Shown here in pieces: positions 1-9,445 of a DNA stretch of 32,000 nt (positions within the stretch are counted from its first letter, which is position 1; every line of letters begins with the position of its first letter). The stretch is from Bacillus subtilis subsp. subtilis str. 168. GTDB lineage: Bacteria; Bacillota; Bacilli; Bacillales; Bacillaceae. Below the pieces are notes generated by a model. It made no database searches. It was given only the letters and a program-made list of their open reading frames with translations, and was not told the DNA's origin. The stretch is from contig NC_000964.3 in NCBI RefSeq assembly GCF_000009045.1, positions 3,690,001 to 3,722,000 of the forward strand, given 5' to 3'. A program made the translations under genes and the position numbers.

Positions 1-263
1 ACGCCTATAACTTTCCGCTGCGGATCATTCGGATCGGGGTTATGATAAGTGCAACAGCGCTTGGCATGTACGGCGTTATAATGGTTTATCTGTTTGTGAT
101 CGGCCATCTCATGCGCCTGAAAAGCTTTGGCCAGGATTACATTATCCCGATCATGGCGCAGCCTGGACAGGATTTGAAAGACACAGTCATCCGTATTCCC
201 ACGATGTTTTTAAAAAGAAGACCGACACGAAACGATCCCGAAGATAACATCAGACAAAGGTGA
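1..263 (+). CDS. gerBA: Spore germination receptor subunit A (GerBA), C-terminal fragment cut by window edge
   Basis: Open frame from the left edge ending TGA at 261-263, ending ...PGQDLKDTVIRIPTMFLKRRPTRNDPEDNIRQR; hydrophobic then basic tail; overlaps the start of a GerBB-like gene. Confidence 0.85.
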   Translation, partial: AYNFPLRIIRIGVMISATALGMYGVIMVYLFVIGHLMRLKSFGQDYIIPIMAQPGQDLKDTVIRIPTMFLKRRPTRNDPEDNIRQR

Positions 264-1375
264 TGGCTATGAGGAAATCAGAGCATAAACTGACATTTAT
301 GCAGACGCTCATTATGATCAGCAGCACATTGATTGGTGCCGGGGTGCTGACCCTTCCCCGCTCAGCCGCCGAAACCGGCAGTCCGAGCGGATGGCTAATG
401 ATACTGCTCCAGGGCGTTATTTTTATTATCATCGTTCTGCTTTTTTTGCCTTTTCTTCAAAAAAACAGCGGAAAAACTCTTTTTAAGCTCAACAGCATTG
501 TAGCTGGAAAATTCATCGGCTTTCTATTGAATTTATATATCTGTCTATATTTCATTGGGATTGTTTGCTTTCAAGCTCGGATTTTGGGAGAGGTTGTCGG
601 ATTCTTTTTGTTGAAAAATACGCCAATGGCAGTTGTGGTGTTTATATTTCTTGCAGTTGCCATCTATCATGTAGGCGGAGGCGTTTATTCAATTGCAAAA
701 GTATACGCTTATATTTTTCCTATAACCCTTATTATTTTTATGATGCTTCTGATGTTCAGCTTTCGCTTGTTCCAGCTTGATTTTATCCGGCCGGTATTTG
801 AAGGAGGCTATCAAAGCTTTTTCTCTTTATTCCCAAAAACATTATTATATTTCTCCGGATTTGAAATCATTTTTTACCTGGTCCCCTTTATGAGAGATCC
901 AAAGCAAGTGAAAAAGGCTGTTGCTCTGGGCATCGCGACTTCCACATTGTTCTACAGCATTACTTTGCTCATTGTGATTGGCTGTATGACTGTGGCTGAG
1001 GCAAAAACGGTGACATGGCCGACCATTTCCCTTATTCACGCATTAGAGGTTCCGGGTATTTTTATTGAACGATTTGATTTGTTCTTACAGCTGACCTGGA
1101 CAGCCCAGCAATTTGCCTGTATGCTCGGATCCTTTAAAGGCGCCCATATCGGGTTAACGGAAATCTTTCATCTAAAAAATAAAAACAATGCATGGCTGCT
1201 GACTGCAATGCTGGCTGCGACGTTTTTCATAACGATGTATCCCAAGGACTTGAATGACGTGTTTTATTACGGGACGCTTCTTGGATATGCTTTCTTAATT
1301 GTGATTACAATTCCATTCTTCGTCTGGTTTTTAAGCTGGATACAGAAAAAAATAGGGAGGGGGCAGCTGCAATGA
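260..1375 (+). CDS. gerBB: Spore germination receptor subunit B (GerBB), amino-acid permease-like membrane protein
   Basis: 371-aa ORF with many hydrophobic segments; GerAB-family sequence (SSTLIGAGVLTLPRSAAETGSPSGW). GTG at 260, ATG at 263 or 269 are possible starts. Confidence 0.92.
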   Translation: MMAMRKSEHKLTFMQTLIMISSTLIGAGVLTLPRSAAETGSPSGWLMILLQGVIFIIIVLLFLPFLQKNSGKTLFKLNSIVAGKFIGFLLNLYICLYFIGIVCFQARILGEVVGFFLLKNTPMAVVVFIFLAVAIYHVGGGVYSIAKVYAYIFPITLIIFMMLLMFSFRLFQLDFIRPVFEGGYQSFFSLFPKTLLYFSGFEIIFYLVPFMRDPKQVKKAVALGIATSTLFYSITLLIVIGCMTVAEAKTVTWPTISLIHALEVPGIFIERFDLFLQLTWTAQQFACMLGSFKGAHIGLTEIFHLKNKNNAWLLTAMLAATFFITMYPKDLNDVFYYGTLLGYAFLIVITIPFFVWFLSWIQKKIGRGQLQ

Positions 1376-2496
1376 AAACAGCATCAAAATTCTCCGTCAT
1401 GTTTTTTATGCTGCTGGCCCTCTGCGGCTGCTGGGATGTCAAAGATATCGAGCAACTATCCTTCGCCAGAGGGCTGGCGATCGATGAGACAAATGATCAC
1501 CAGTACAAACTGACGTATCAAAATCTTCTTCCCCAAAGCGAAGACAGCCAAGCATCCGGAAAACCCGAATTTGTTAATGTAACGTCCCACGGGAAAACGA
1601 TTCTGGAAGCAGTCAGTGATGTATCCATCAAGGACCCTCCTGTTTATAGCGATCATTTAAAAGTGATCCTTCTGGGAGAAAAACTGATGAGGAATCAAAA
1701 TGTAGACCAAGTCCTCAACCACTTTATCCGGGATGATGAGCTGCGGCGAAGCAGCTATTTGATGGCAGCCAGAGGGAATGCAGCTGATGTTTTCACAAAA
1801 GGAAACCCCAATCAGCAGCAGCCGATGCCCTCCGAAAAACTGATTGATTTGACAACTCACAGCGGATATAACGGTAAGATTATGATACCGCTGCGCATCG
1901 GAAGAGCTTCTGTCTACTCTCAGAACGGGTACAGTTATCTTATTCAAGCCGTGAAAAACGAAAAGGGAAAAGCCAAGTATGACGGAGCAGGCATTATCAA
2001 AAGGGGCAGCAATAAACTCGTTGGGTTTCTTTCAGCTGATGAAACCCAAACACTGTCATGGGTCATGGGGACGATCCAAGGCGGTGTCATGCCGACGACA
2101 GATAAAGGACATCCGATTACGTTTGAAATTAAAAAGTCGAAAACGAAAATTAAGCCCGTCATTGAAAACGGAAAGCCTGTCTTTCATATTTCTGTTAAAA
2201 CGAAGGGCATCCTGACAGAAGACCAAAACCCGAATGAAAACTCCTTTAGCAAAAGTTATTTGCACAGGCTGGAAAACATTTTTGAAAAAAAGCTTGAACG
2301 AGATGTAAAGCAGGTGATGGATAAACTGCAGCACGAGTATAAAACCGATCCGGTCTTTTTATCAGACCACATAAGGATTCAACACCCTGACTACTGGAAT
2401 AAAGTAAAAGGGCATTGGGATGAAATATTTTCTGAGACTGATTTTAAGTACGATATTTCTTTTAAAATCATTAACTTTGGCACGGTGGGAAAGTAA
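1372..2496 (+). CDS. gerBC: Spore germination receptor lipoprotein subunit C (GerBC)
   Basis: 374-aa ORF overlapping gerBB by 4 nt; signal peptide with lipobox LCGC (MFFMLLALCGCWDVKDIEQL), typical GerAC-family N-terminus. Confidence 0.92.
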   Translation: MKTASKFSVMFFMLLALCGCWDVKDIEQLSFARGLAIDETNDHQYKLTYQNLLPQSEDSQASGKPEFVNVTSHGKTILEAVSDVSIKDPPVYSDHLKVILLGEKLMRNQNVDQVLNHFIRDDELRRSSYLMAARGNAADVFTKGNPNQQQPMPSEKLIDLTTHSGYNGKIMIPLRIGRASVYSQNGYSYLIQAVKNEKGKAKYDGAGIIKRGSNKLVGFLSADETQTLSWVMGTIQGGVMPTTDKGHPITFEIKKSKTKIKPVIENGKPVFHISVKTKGILTEDQNPNENSFSKSYLHRLENIFEKKLERDVKQVMDKLQHEYKTDPVFLSDHIRIQHPDYWNKVKGHWDEIFSETDFKYDISFKIINFGTVGK

Positions 2497-2502
2497 GCAA
2501 TC

Positions 2503-2534
2503 AAAAGGGTGCGCATGATCGCGCACCCTTTTTT
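2503..2534. terminator. Bidirectional intrinsic terminator between gerBC and ywtG
   Basis: AAAAGGGTGCGC-ATGATC-GCGCACCCTTTTTT perfect stem with T-run, between convergent genes. Confidence 0.85.
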
Positions 2535-3906
2535 ATGTTCCGACAGTCTGCTGTTTTCCGGCCGCTCCTCCCTGTCCGTTTTTGTCCCGTAAATCCTGCT
2601 CAATTTCTTCAAGGCTTCTTCCCTTTGTCTCTGTCACTTTAAATCGGACAAATAAGAACGCCATGATACCGATCGCGGCATAAATCAGGAATAAATAACT
2701 GATTCCGATCGCTTCCATTAATATTGGATAGGTTAATGAAACAATCAGTGTCCCAACGTGCAACATTAAGGTCGAAACACCGGTCCCGATTCCTCTGACG
2801 TGAAGCGGGAACAATTCAGGAAGCATCACCCACACAACCGGTCCCCAGCTGACCGCAAAGACAACGATAAACACGCCTAAACAAATGACGGTCGTCCATG
2901 AGGCAGCCGGAGTGTTATCGAAAAAGAGATTTACTAAAGCGAGAACGATCAAGCTGATCACCATGCCCGCATTCCCGAATAGCAGTAACGGCTTTCTTCC
3001 AATCTTGTCGATGATTTTAATCGCTACTAATGTCATGAGAACATTGACTGTGCCGATTCCGACCGTGCCTAAAATCGAAGCGGAGTTTCCGAATCCGACG
3101 TTTGTAAAGGTCTTTGGCGCATAGTAGATGATCGTATTCGTTCCGATAAATTGCTGCAAAAAAGCGAGTCCCAAACCTGCAATAAGCGCTGGGCGCACCC
3201 ATGGATCGAACAGCTCCTTCAGACCGCCTTCATCCTGCTTTTCCGCTTCTTTTATATCATGTATTTCCTGATCAATATCTTTTGTGCCACGCAATTTTTC
3301 AAGAATTTTCTTCGCTTTGCTTTCTTCGCCATTCGTGAACAGCCAGCGCGGGCTCTCCGGCATAAACAAAATGCCAATAAGCAAGAGCAATGACGGCACA
3401 GCAGCCAATCCAAGCATCCAGCGCCACGCTTCGGCATCGGCAAATATGTAATTGACAATGTAAGAAAGAAGGATGCCGACCGTGATCATCAGCTGATTCA
3501 GTGATGACAGCGCCCCGCGTTTATGTTTTGGCGCCAGTTCAGATAAATAAAGGGGTACGATTGTCGTCGATGTTCCGACTGCAAGTCCCAAAATGATGCG
3601 AAACAGCACCATGACTCCTGTATTTGGGGCCAGTGCCACACCAAGACCGCCTATACAAAACAGCAGCGCGGCTGCCATAATTGCTTTTTTTCTTCCGAAA
3701 CGGTCAGTCAGCTTGCCGGCCGCTCCTGAGCCCAATATCGCCCCAACCAGCAAGGAGCTGACAACAAGACCTTCTGTAAACGCGTTTAAGCCTAACTCCT
3801 TTTTCATAAATAAAATAGCTCCGGAAATCACTCCGGTATCATAGCCATATAACGCGCCTCCAAGAGCTCCGAAAAAATAAAGCCATATATTTGACTGCTT
3901 TTTCAT
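2533..3906 (-). CDS. ywtG: MFS sugar transporter (YwtG)
   Basis: 457 aa with sugar-porter motifs (GRKKA, PESPRWL, PETKGRSLEEIE); matches B. subtilis YwtG in sequence and context. Confidence 0.9.
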   Translation of the reverse strand: MKKQSNIWLYFFGALGGALYGYDTGVISGAILFMKKELGLNAFTEGLVVSSLLVGAILGSGAAGKLTDRFGRKKAIMAAALLFCIGGLGVALAPNTGVMVLFRIILGLAVGTSTTIVPLYLSELAPKHKRGALSSLNQLMITVGILLSYIVNYIFADAEAWRWMLGLAAVPSLLLLIGILFMPESPRWLFTNGEESKAKKILEKLRGTKDIDQEIHDIKEAEKQDEGGLKELFDPWVRPALIAGLGLAFLQQFIGTNTIIYYAPKTFTNVGFGNSASILGTVGIGTVNVLMTLVAIKIIDKIGRKPLLLFGNAGMVISLIVLALVNLFFDNTPAASWTTVICLGVFIVVFAVSWGPVVWVMLPELFPLHVRGIGTGVSTLMLHVGTLIVSLTYPILMEAIGISYLFLIYAAIGIMAFLFVRFKVTETKGRSLEEIEQDLRDKNGQGGAAGKQQTVGT

Positions 3907-4238
3907 AAAGATGACTCCCTTTCTCCATCAGCTGCAATGACATTGTCTGTGGGATTTTTTTAGAAATCTTTTAGCCTCTTTTTCCGGCCATTAAACCTTT
4001 TTATTTTTCTGATCATAAGTTTTCCAATCATTTACTTGTATTTTTTTCAATGTCGCCGAAACATTTTACCTGCTGCGGCGTCCAATATAAGGTGATTCAG
4101 TACATTATCGTTATCAATTTTCAAAAACAAGAACTTATAAATATAGGAATATTTATCGAAAAATGTCTTTCGAGTAGTTGCCCCATGGCAAATAGAATGG
4201 TACGCTTCAAATATTAAAGAAACGTGAGGTATTGATAT

Positions 4239-5207
4239 ATGGAAGAACGATCACAGCGCAGAAAGAAAAAAAGAAAACTAAAAAAATGGGTGAAAGTTGT
4301 TGCCGGATTAATGGCTTTTTTAGTCATTGCGGCAGGCTCTGTCGGCGCCTATGCTTTTGTAAAGCTGAACAATGCTTCTAAGGAAGCTCATGTCAGCCTT
4401 GCACGCGGAGAACAATCTGTAAAACGGATCAAAGAATTTGATCCTGGAAAAGATTCTTTTTCTGTATTGCTCTTAGGAATTGATGCCAGGGAGAAAAACG
4501 GCGAGACCGTCGATCAGGCAAGAAGTGACGCGAATGTGCTGGTTACATTTAATCGGAAAGAAAAAACAGCTAAAATGCTGAGCATTCCGCGTGACGCCTA
4601 TGTAAACATCCCAGGCCACGGGTATGATAAATTCACACATGCTCACGCTTACGGCGGCGTTGACTTAACTGTGAAAACAGTTGAAGAAATGCTGGATATT
4701 CCAGTCGATTATGTCGTAGAAAGCAATTTCACGGCTTTTGAAGACGTCGTAAACGAGTTAAATGGCGTCAAAGTAACTGTAAAAAGCGATAAAGTCATTC
4801 AGCAAATCAAAAAAGATACAAAAGGTAAAGTCGTTCTTCAAAAAGGAACACATACGCTTGATGGGGAAGAAGCGCTCGCTTACGTAAGAACACGTAAAGC
4901 GGACAGTGACCTTTTACGCGGGCAAAGACAAATGGAAGTGCTGAGCGCCATTATAGATAAATCAAAATCATTGAGCTCAATTCCGGCTTATGATGATATT
5001 GTGGATACGATGGGGCAAAATTTAAAAATGAACTTATCTCTTAAAGATGCCATCGGCCTGTTCCCGTTCATCACTTCATTGAAATCAGTTGAGTCTATTC
5101 AGCTGACGGGTTATGATTATGAACCTGCCGGAGTCTATTATTTCAAATTGAATCAGCAAAAGCTGCAGGAAGTTAAAAAAGAGCTGCAAAACGATTTAGG
5201 TGTATAA
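4239..5207 (+). CDS. tagT: LytR-CpsA-Psr family protein, wall teichoic acid ligase (TagT/YwtF)
   Basis: 322 aa, basic N-terminus plus one TM segment, LCP motifs (LLLGIDAREKNG, ARSDANVLVTFN, SIPRDAYVNIPG, YVRTRKADSDLLRGQRQ). Confidence 0.9.
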   Translation: MEERSQRRKKKRKLKKWVKVVAGLMAFLVIAAGSVGAYAFVKLNNASKEAHVSLARGEQSVKRIKEFDPGKDSFSVLLLGIDAREKNGETVDQARSDANVLVTFNRKEKTAKMLSIPRDAYVNIPGHGYDKFTHAHAYGGVDLTVKTVEEMLDIPVDYVVESNFTAFEDVVNELNGVKVTVKSDKVIQQIKKDTKGKVVLQKGTHTLDGEEALAYVRTRKADSDLLRGQRQMEVLSAIIDKSKSLSSIPAYDDIVDTMGQNLKMNLSLKDAIGLFPFITSLKSVESIQLTGYDYEPAGVYYFKLNQQKLQEVKKELQNDLGV

Positions 5208-5209
5208 TG

Positions 5210-5239
5210 AACGGGATGGCGATTACGCCATCCCGTTTT
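5210..5239. terminator. Intrinsic terminator downstream of ywtF/tagT
   Basis: AACGGGATGGCG-ATTA-CGCCATCCCGTTTTA stem-loop. Confidence 0.85.
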
Positions 5240-5362
5240 ACATATTTCCTTGTTGAAAATTATCAAAGTAACGTTTAGCCTTAATTTATATGGATTATGT
5301 TTCACAGGCAAGCTGAACATACTACACGAAGCAGCTTCATTTTTAAGGAGGTTCCCCTACAT

Positions 5363-6223
5363 ATGAAATGTATTGCGATTGATCTAGACGGAACATTACT
5401 GAATAAAGAAAGCGTCATTTCTGCGGAAAACAGAGAGGCGATCAAGCGGGCCGTTGATGCCGGCATCCTCGTCACCATTTGCACGGGAAGAGCGACATTT
5501 GATGTAAAAGCGCTGCTGGATGACTTGGACATCCCTATCATTGCAGCTAATGGCGGTACGATCCACGACACGGGTTACCGTTTGATCAGCCGGACATTAA
5601 TGGATCAGGAAGCCGGTAAAGCGATTGCTGATTACTTACTTTCAAAAAACATTTACTTTGAGGTATATACAGATGACCATCTGCTTTCTCCTTTTGACGG
5701 CGAAGCTAAGCTGCACGCGGAGCTTGACATTCTAAAGAGCGCAAACCCAAACGAGCAGACGGATGACTTGTGGCAAGGAGCCATGACTCAATTCAAACAG
5801 TTTGGCATTAAACCAATCCCTCATATCGAATCGGTTTTTGACGGCGGTGAAAACATTTATAAGCTTCTTTGCTTCTCCTTTGATATGGACAAGCTGAAAC
5901 AAGCGAAGGAAGAACTGAAGCATCATAAAAAACTGGCGCAAACCTCTTCAGGAAAACATATTATCGAAATCCTGCCGGCCTCGTCAGGAAAAGGACGCGC
6001 GTTAACAAAGCTGGCTGACATATACGGAATTGAAACACAGGATATCTATGCGATCGGCGATAGTCCAAACGATTTGTCCATGTTTGAAGTCGCCGGACAC
6101 CGTATCGCCATGGAAAATGCGATTGATGAATTAAAAGAAAAAAGCACCTTTGTCACAAAAAGCAATGACGAAAATGGTGTGGCCTACTTTATAGACCAGC
6201 TTCTTTCGGGGCAATATGCATAA
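5363..6223 (+). CDS. ywtE: HAD-superfamily (Cof-type) phosphatase YwtE
   Basis: 286 aa from ATG 5363 preceded by AAGGAGG; HAD motifs DLDGTLL and GDSPNDLSMF. The track ORF begins upstream at 5297 without a good RBS. Confidence 0.9.
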   Translation: MKCIAIDLDGTLLNKESVISAENREAIKRAVDAGILVTICTGRATFDVKALLDDLDIPIIAANGGTIHDTGYRLISRTLMDQEAGKAIADYLLSKNIYFEVYTDDHLLSPFDGEAKLHAELDILKSANPNEQTDDLWQGAMTQFKQFGIKPIPHIESVFDGGENIYKLLCFSFDMDKLKQAKEELKHHKKLAQTSSGKHIIEILPASSGKGRALTKLADIYGIETQDIYAIGDSPNDLSMFEVAGHRIAMENAIDELKEKSTFVTKSNDENGVAYFIDQLLSGQYA

Positions 6224-6225
6224 AG

Positions 6226-6253
6226 AAAAGACTCCAGAGATTGGAGTCTTTTT
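6226..6253. terminator. Bidirectional terminator between ywtE and pgdS
   Basis: AAAAGACTCCA-GAGAT-TGGAGTCTTTTT stem-loop between convergent genes. Confidence 0.8.
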
Positions 6254-6256
6254 CTT

Positions 6257-7498
6257 TTATTGCACCCGTATACTTCCTGCGTATTTATCCTTCCAATATG
6301 TGCTCGTGTTCATATTGGTAATGGTCACGCCGTTTGATAATGTGACATGAACAACTTGTCCGTTTCCGATATAGATGGAGGGATTTAAGCTTGTTGATTG
6401 AAAGAACACAATGTCTCCCGGCTTCAGGTCCGCCTTCTCAATCTTAGTTCCGGCATTGTACTGGCTTGTTGCGTATCGAGGCAGGGAAATACCGGCTGCT
6501 TTCTGGTATACATATTGGACAAATCCAGCTGTATCAAATCCCGTCTCAGGTGTTACTCCGCCCTGTTTGTAAGGCACTTCTCCGACATAAAGCGTCGCTT
6601 CGGAAACAATCGGATTTTCTTTCGGGATTGTCAGGTTGTCAAATCGGCGAATACCCGTCATCTTCGATTTCCAGTAATCCTCTGACAAATAGGAAATGGT
6701 TACTTTTTCTGACCGGCTTGCCTGAATGAACCTGCCTGCGCCCGCATAAATGCCTGCATGTGAAATTCCCGTTTTATACGTATTGCTGAAATAGACGACA
6801 TCACCAGGCTTTATGTTCTGAGGGGCTACCTTCTCGCCCACTGCCCACTGCTGTTCGGCTGATCGCGGTAGATAAATGCCGAGTGCCTGTTGAAACACAT
6901 ATTGCACAAGCCCCGAGCAATCAAAGCCCTCTGACGGCGTGCTTCCGCCAAACACATATGGGACACCGATATATTTTTCGGCCTCCTGAACGACAGGAAC
7001 ATCAGCCGTTGCCGGATCGGCAGCGATTCGTCTCGCCCCGATATAAGTTCCGCTCCAATAGCTGCTTTTTTTGTAATTGGTGATGATAACCCCTTTTGAC
7101 TGTGTACTGTGAACCATTTGGCCGTCTCCGATATAAAGGGCGTCATGTGTCGGAACAGTGCCGGTGCTTCCCTCTTTCTTGAAAAACAAAATATCACCCG
7201 GCTTCAGGTTTTCCGGTTTTACAGCTGTTCCGATTTTATACTGGTCGTTTACAGATCTCGGCAGATGAATATCAGCCTTACTGAACACATATTGTATCAA
7301 TCCTGATGGATCGAAACCCTCTTTCGGCGTTTCCCCGCCATATTTATACTGATATCCAAGCAGGTTTTTTGCTTCGCTGACAATCAATTCTGATGATGTA
7401 TCAGCTTCCGCAATCTCCGCTTTTGTCATAATTGGAACCAAAAAACAAATGATAACCGCCACAAGCAAAAACTTCTTCCAGTTTGCCAGTGTGTTCAC
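6257..7498 (-). CDS. pgdS: Gamma-polyglutamate hydrolase PgdS (YwtD), NlpC/P60 family, secreted
   Basis: 413 aa from a GTG start (7498) with GAGGAGG RBS; signal peptide; three NlpC/P60-like repeats; lies next to the pgs operon. Confidence 0.9.
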   Translation of the reverse strand: MNTLANWKKFLLVAVIICFLVPIMTKAEIAEADTSSELIVSEAKNLLGYQYKYGGETPKEGFDPSGLIQYVFSKADIHLPRSVNDQYKIGTAVKPENLKPGDILFFKKEGSTGTVPTHDALYIGDGQMVHSTQSKGVIITNYKKSSYWSGTYIGARRIAADPATADVPVVQEAEKYIGVPYVFGGSTPSEGFDCSGLVQYVFQQALGIYLPRSAEQQWAVGEKVAPQNIKPGDVVYFSNTYKTGISHAGIYAGAGRFIQASRSEKVTISYLSEDYWKSKMTGIRRFDNLTIPKENPIVSEATLYVGEVPYKQGGVTPETGFDTAGFVQYVYQKAAGISLPRYATSQYNAGTKIEKADLKPGDIVFFQSTSLNPSIYIGNGQVVHVTLSNGVTITNMNTSTYWKDKYAGSIRVQ

Positions 7499-7530
7499 TT
7501 TTATTATCTCCTCCTCTTTTTGCAGTTTTA

Positions 7531-7557
7531 ACATCGGTATTTTTTTGAATATGTTAA
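7531..7557 (-). promoter_or_regulatory. Possible SigD-type promoter of pgdS
   Basis: Minus strand reads TTAA-N15-ACCGATGT, close to the SigD consensus TAAA-N15-GCCGATAT, upstream of the pgdS RBS. Confidence 0.5.
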
Positions 7558-7600
7558 GAGACTTTTTAATATTTTTACAGAATGAATATGCTGGGCAAAT

Positions 7601-7634
7601 AAAAAGAGAGTGTCTCATCAGACACTCTCTTTTT
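7601..7634. terminator. Strong terminator ending the pgsBCAE operon
   Basis: AAAAAGAGAGTGTCT-CATC-AGACACTCTCTTTTT, 15-bp perfect stem with T-run on both strands. Confidence 0.9.
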
Positions 7635-7638
7635 TGAA

Positions 7639-7806
7639 TTATTTATTGGCGTTTACCGGTTCTTCCTGCTGCTGGATTTTATTCATTTCCATATCAATCT
7701 TCTGTTTTTCCTGATCTGTCAGCTGATCATTGAATTTAAAAGCTGACATAAACATGAACACGATGGCTACGGCAACAAACGGCCAGATGGCTTTGACAAA
7801 TTTCAT
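7639..7806 (-). CDS. pgsE: Small membrane protein PgsE/YwtC (55 aa)
   Basis: Reading the minus strand gives a 55-codon ORF starting MKFVKAIWPFVAVAIVFMFMSAF and ending ...EEPVNANK*. It is absent from the ORF track (probably below the length cutoff) and lies directly downstream of pgsA. Confidence 0.9.
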   Translation of the reverse strand: MKFVKAIWPFVAVAIVFMFMSAFKFNDQLTDQEKQKIDMEMNKIQQQEEPVNANK

Positions 7807-7820
7807 CTTTATCACTCCGA

Positions 7821-8963
7821 TTATTTAGATTTTAGTTTGTCACTATGATCAATATCAAACGTCAGTTTTCCGTCTTCTACTTTCCAAGCGAAATTAGAGT
7901 CTTTCGTCAGTTCGCGAATAATGGTTTTCTGTTTAAGGCTGTCTTTTTTCACAGGCGCAGGTGTCGCTTCATGGATATCGATCGGTGTCACTTCAAAGCG
8001 TCCTGTTCCATTTTTCTTCAGGTGATACTGAACCAGTGCACTGTCTCTTGTTCTCGTCCAGCCTTGGTCAAAGACAAAGTTGCCGAGGCTGTAGAAAATG
8101 ACGGTTCCGTTATATACTTCAATCGGTTCTAAGACGTGCGGGTGATGGCCGACGATGATGTCAGCTCCCGCATCAGACATGGCTCTTGCAAGCTGGCGCT
8201 GGCGGTCATTTGGATCATTGTCATACTCTTGTCCCCAGTGTGACTGCACAACAACAATGTCCGCATGTTTTTTCGCTTCTGAAATCATAGGGATGAAGAT
8301 TTCAGGATCTGCGGGCAGCACGCCCGGCGTATTCTTTTTAGCCGCGAAACCTTTCCCGGACACATCGGTAAAGCCAAGCGTCGCAATCGTTACCCCGTTG
8401 ACTTTCTGGTACGAAATTTTCTTTTTCGCATCACTTAAGCTGTATCCCGCTCCAACGATATCAAGATTTTGCTTCGCAAATTCTCCAAGCGTATCTTTCA
8501 TGCCCTGAACGCCGTAATCCATTGCGTGGTTGTTGGCGCTGTTGAGAACCGTGAAATTCATATCCTTCAAGACTTTCACTGATTCCTTATTCGTCTGCAG
8601 ATGAATCTCTTTATCTGCTTGTTTATAATTCTTTTGATAGGTTACCGGGTTTTCAAAGTTTCCTGCTACATAATCCGAGGCTCTAAAGATCGGTTCAACA
8701 TATTGAAAAATACTGTCTGCCCCTTTTTGCTCCGTTACTTTTTCAACATAGCGTCCCATCATAATATCGCCTACAAATGAGGCTGAGAGTACGTCGTCAG
8801 AATACGTTTTGACCTTCGGCGTTTCCGCTTTTCCCGCCCACATGAAAGCGAACATAAGGACAAAAACGATCGGAATGGCAATAAATACGTGCTTATTGGT
8901 TTTCTTTTTTTGCTGTTTTGTCAGCTTTAGCAGCTTTTCATGAAAGCTCAGTTCTTTTTTCAT
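7821..8963 (-). CDS. pgsA: Poly-gamma-glutamate synthase subunit PgsA/CapA (YwtB)
   Basis: 380 aa from ATG 8963; CapA-family metallophosphatase-like motifs (SFVGDIMMGR, NFENPVT, NNHAMDYG, GHHPHVLEP, YSLGNFVFDQ). Confidence 0.95.
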   Translation of the reverse strand: MKKELSFHEKLLKLTKQQKKKTNKHVFIAIPIVFVLMFAFMWAGKAETPKVKTYSDDVLSASFVGDIMMGRYVEKVTEQKGADSIFQYVEPIFRASDYVAGNFENPVTYQKNYKQADKEIHLQTNKESVKVLKDMNFTVLNSANNHAMDYGVQGMKDTLGEFAKQNLDIVGAGYSLSDAKKKISYQKVNGVTIATLGFTDVSGKGFAAKKNTPGVLPADPEIFIPMISEAKKHADIVVVQSHWGQEYDNDPNDRQRQLARAMSDAGADIIVGHHPHVLEPIEVYNGTVIFYSLGNFVFDQGWTRTRDSALVQYHLKKNGTGRFEVTPIDIHEATPAPVKKDSLKQKTIIRELTKDSNFAWKVEDGKLTFDIDHSDKLKSK

Positions 8964-8981
8964 CGTTTGACACACCTTACA

Positions 8982-9431
8982 TTAAATTAAGTAGTAAACA
9001 AACATGATAGCAAAGGTCGCTCCGCTCAATAGCAGCGTGCTTCCGAACGTAATGGTTAAACCTTGTTTCTGAATGGTATTGGCAATTAAACCTGGCACGA
9101 TGATGCCGATTCCTCGAAATTCTGCGATTTCAAATGGTACAATCGGGTATAGAAAATCAAACGCGATTTTTAGGACGATCCCTGTTATCAGCATGGCAGC
9201 GAATTTTCTGCGTCCGTACAAAATCATAAATTTGGATAAACCGTATTTCACAATGACATACGTGAGCAAGCTCACTAGCAAAACAAGTAAAATAAAGACC
9301 GGCTGATTAAACACAAGTCCTAAATATCCCGGTACAACAAGTCCTGCCGGCACGATCCCTGTTTTTTCCGCAAAAATTAAACTGAGTAGTACACCTAAAA
9401 TTAGTGCGATGTATAAATCTGATCCGAACAT
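8982..9431 (-). CDS. pgsC: Poly-gamma-glutamate synthase subunit PgsC/CapC (YwtA)
   Basis: 149-aa polytopic membrane protein (MFGSDLYIALILGVLLSLIFAEKTGI...) between pgsB and pgsA. Confidence 0.95.
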   Translation of the reverse strand: MFGSDLYIALILGVLLSLIFAEKTGIVPAGLVVPGYLGLVFNQPVFILLVLLVSLLTYVIVKYGLSKFMILYGRRKFAAMLITGIVLKIAFDFLYPIVPFEIAEFRGIGIIVPGLIANTIQKQGLTITFGSTLLLSGATFAIMFVYYLI

Positions 9432-9445
9432 GTCTGCATTTCCCC

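Noticed and set aside
6398-7197. Short ORFs on both strands within pgdS, including a 123-aa minus-strand frame
   Set aside because: They overlap the three-domain PgdS frame and lack start signals or recognisable families.
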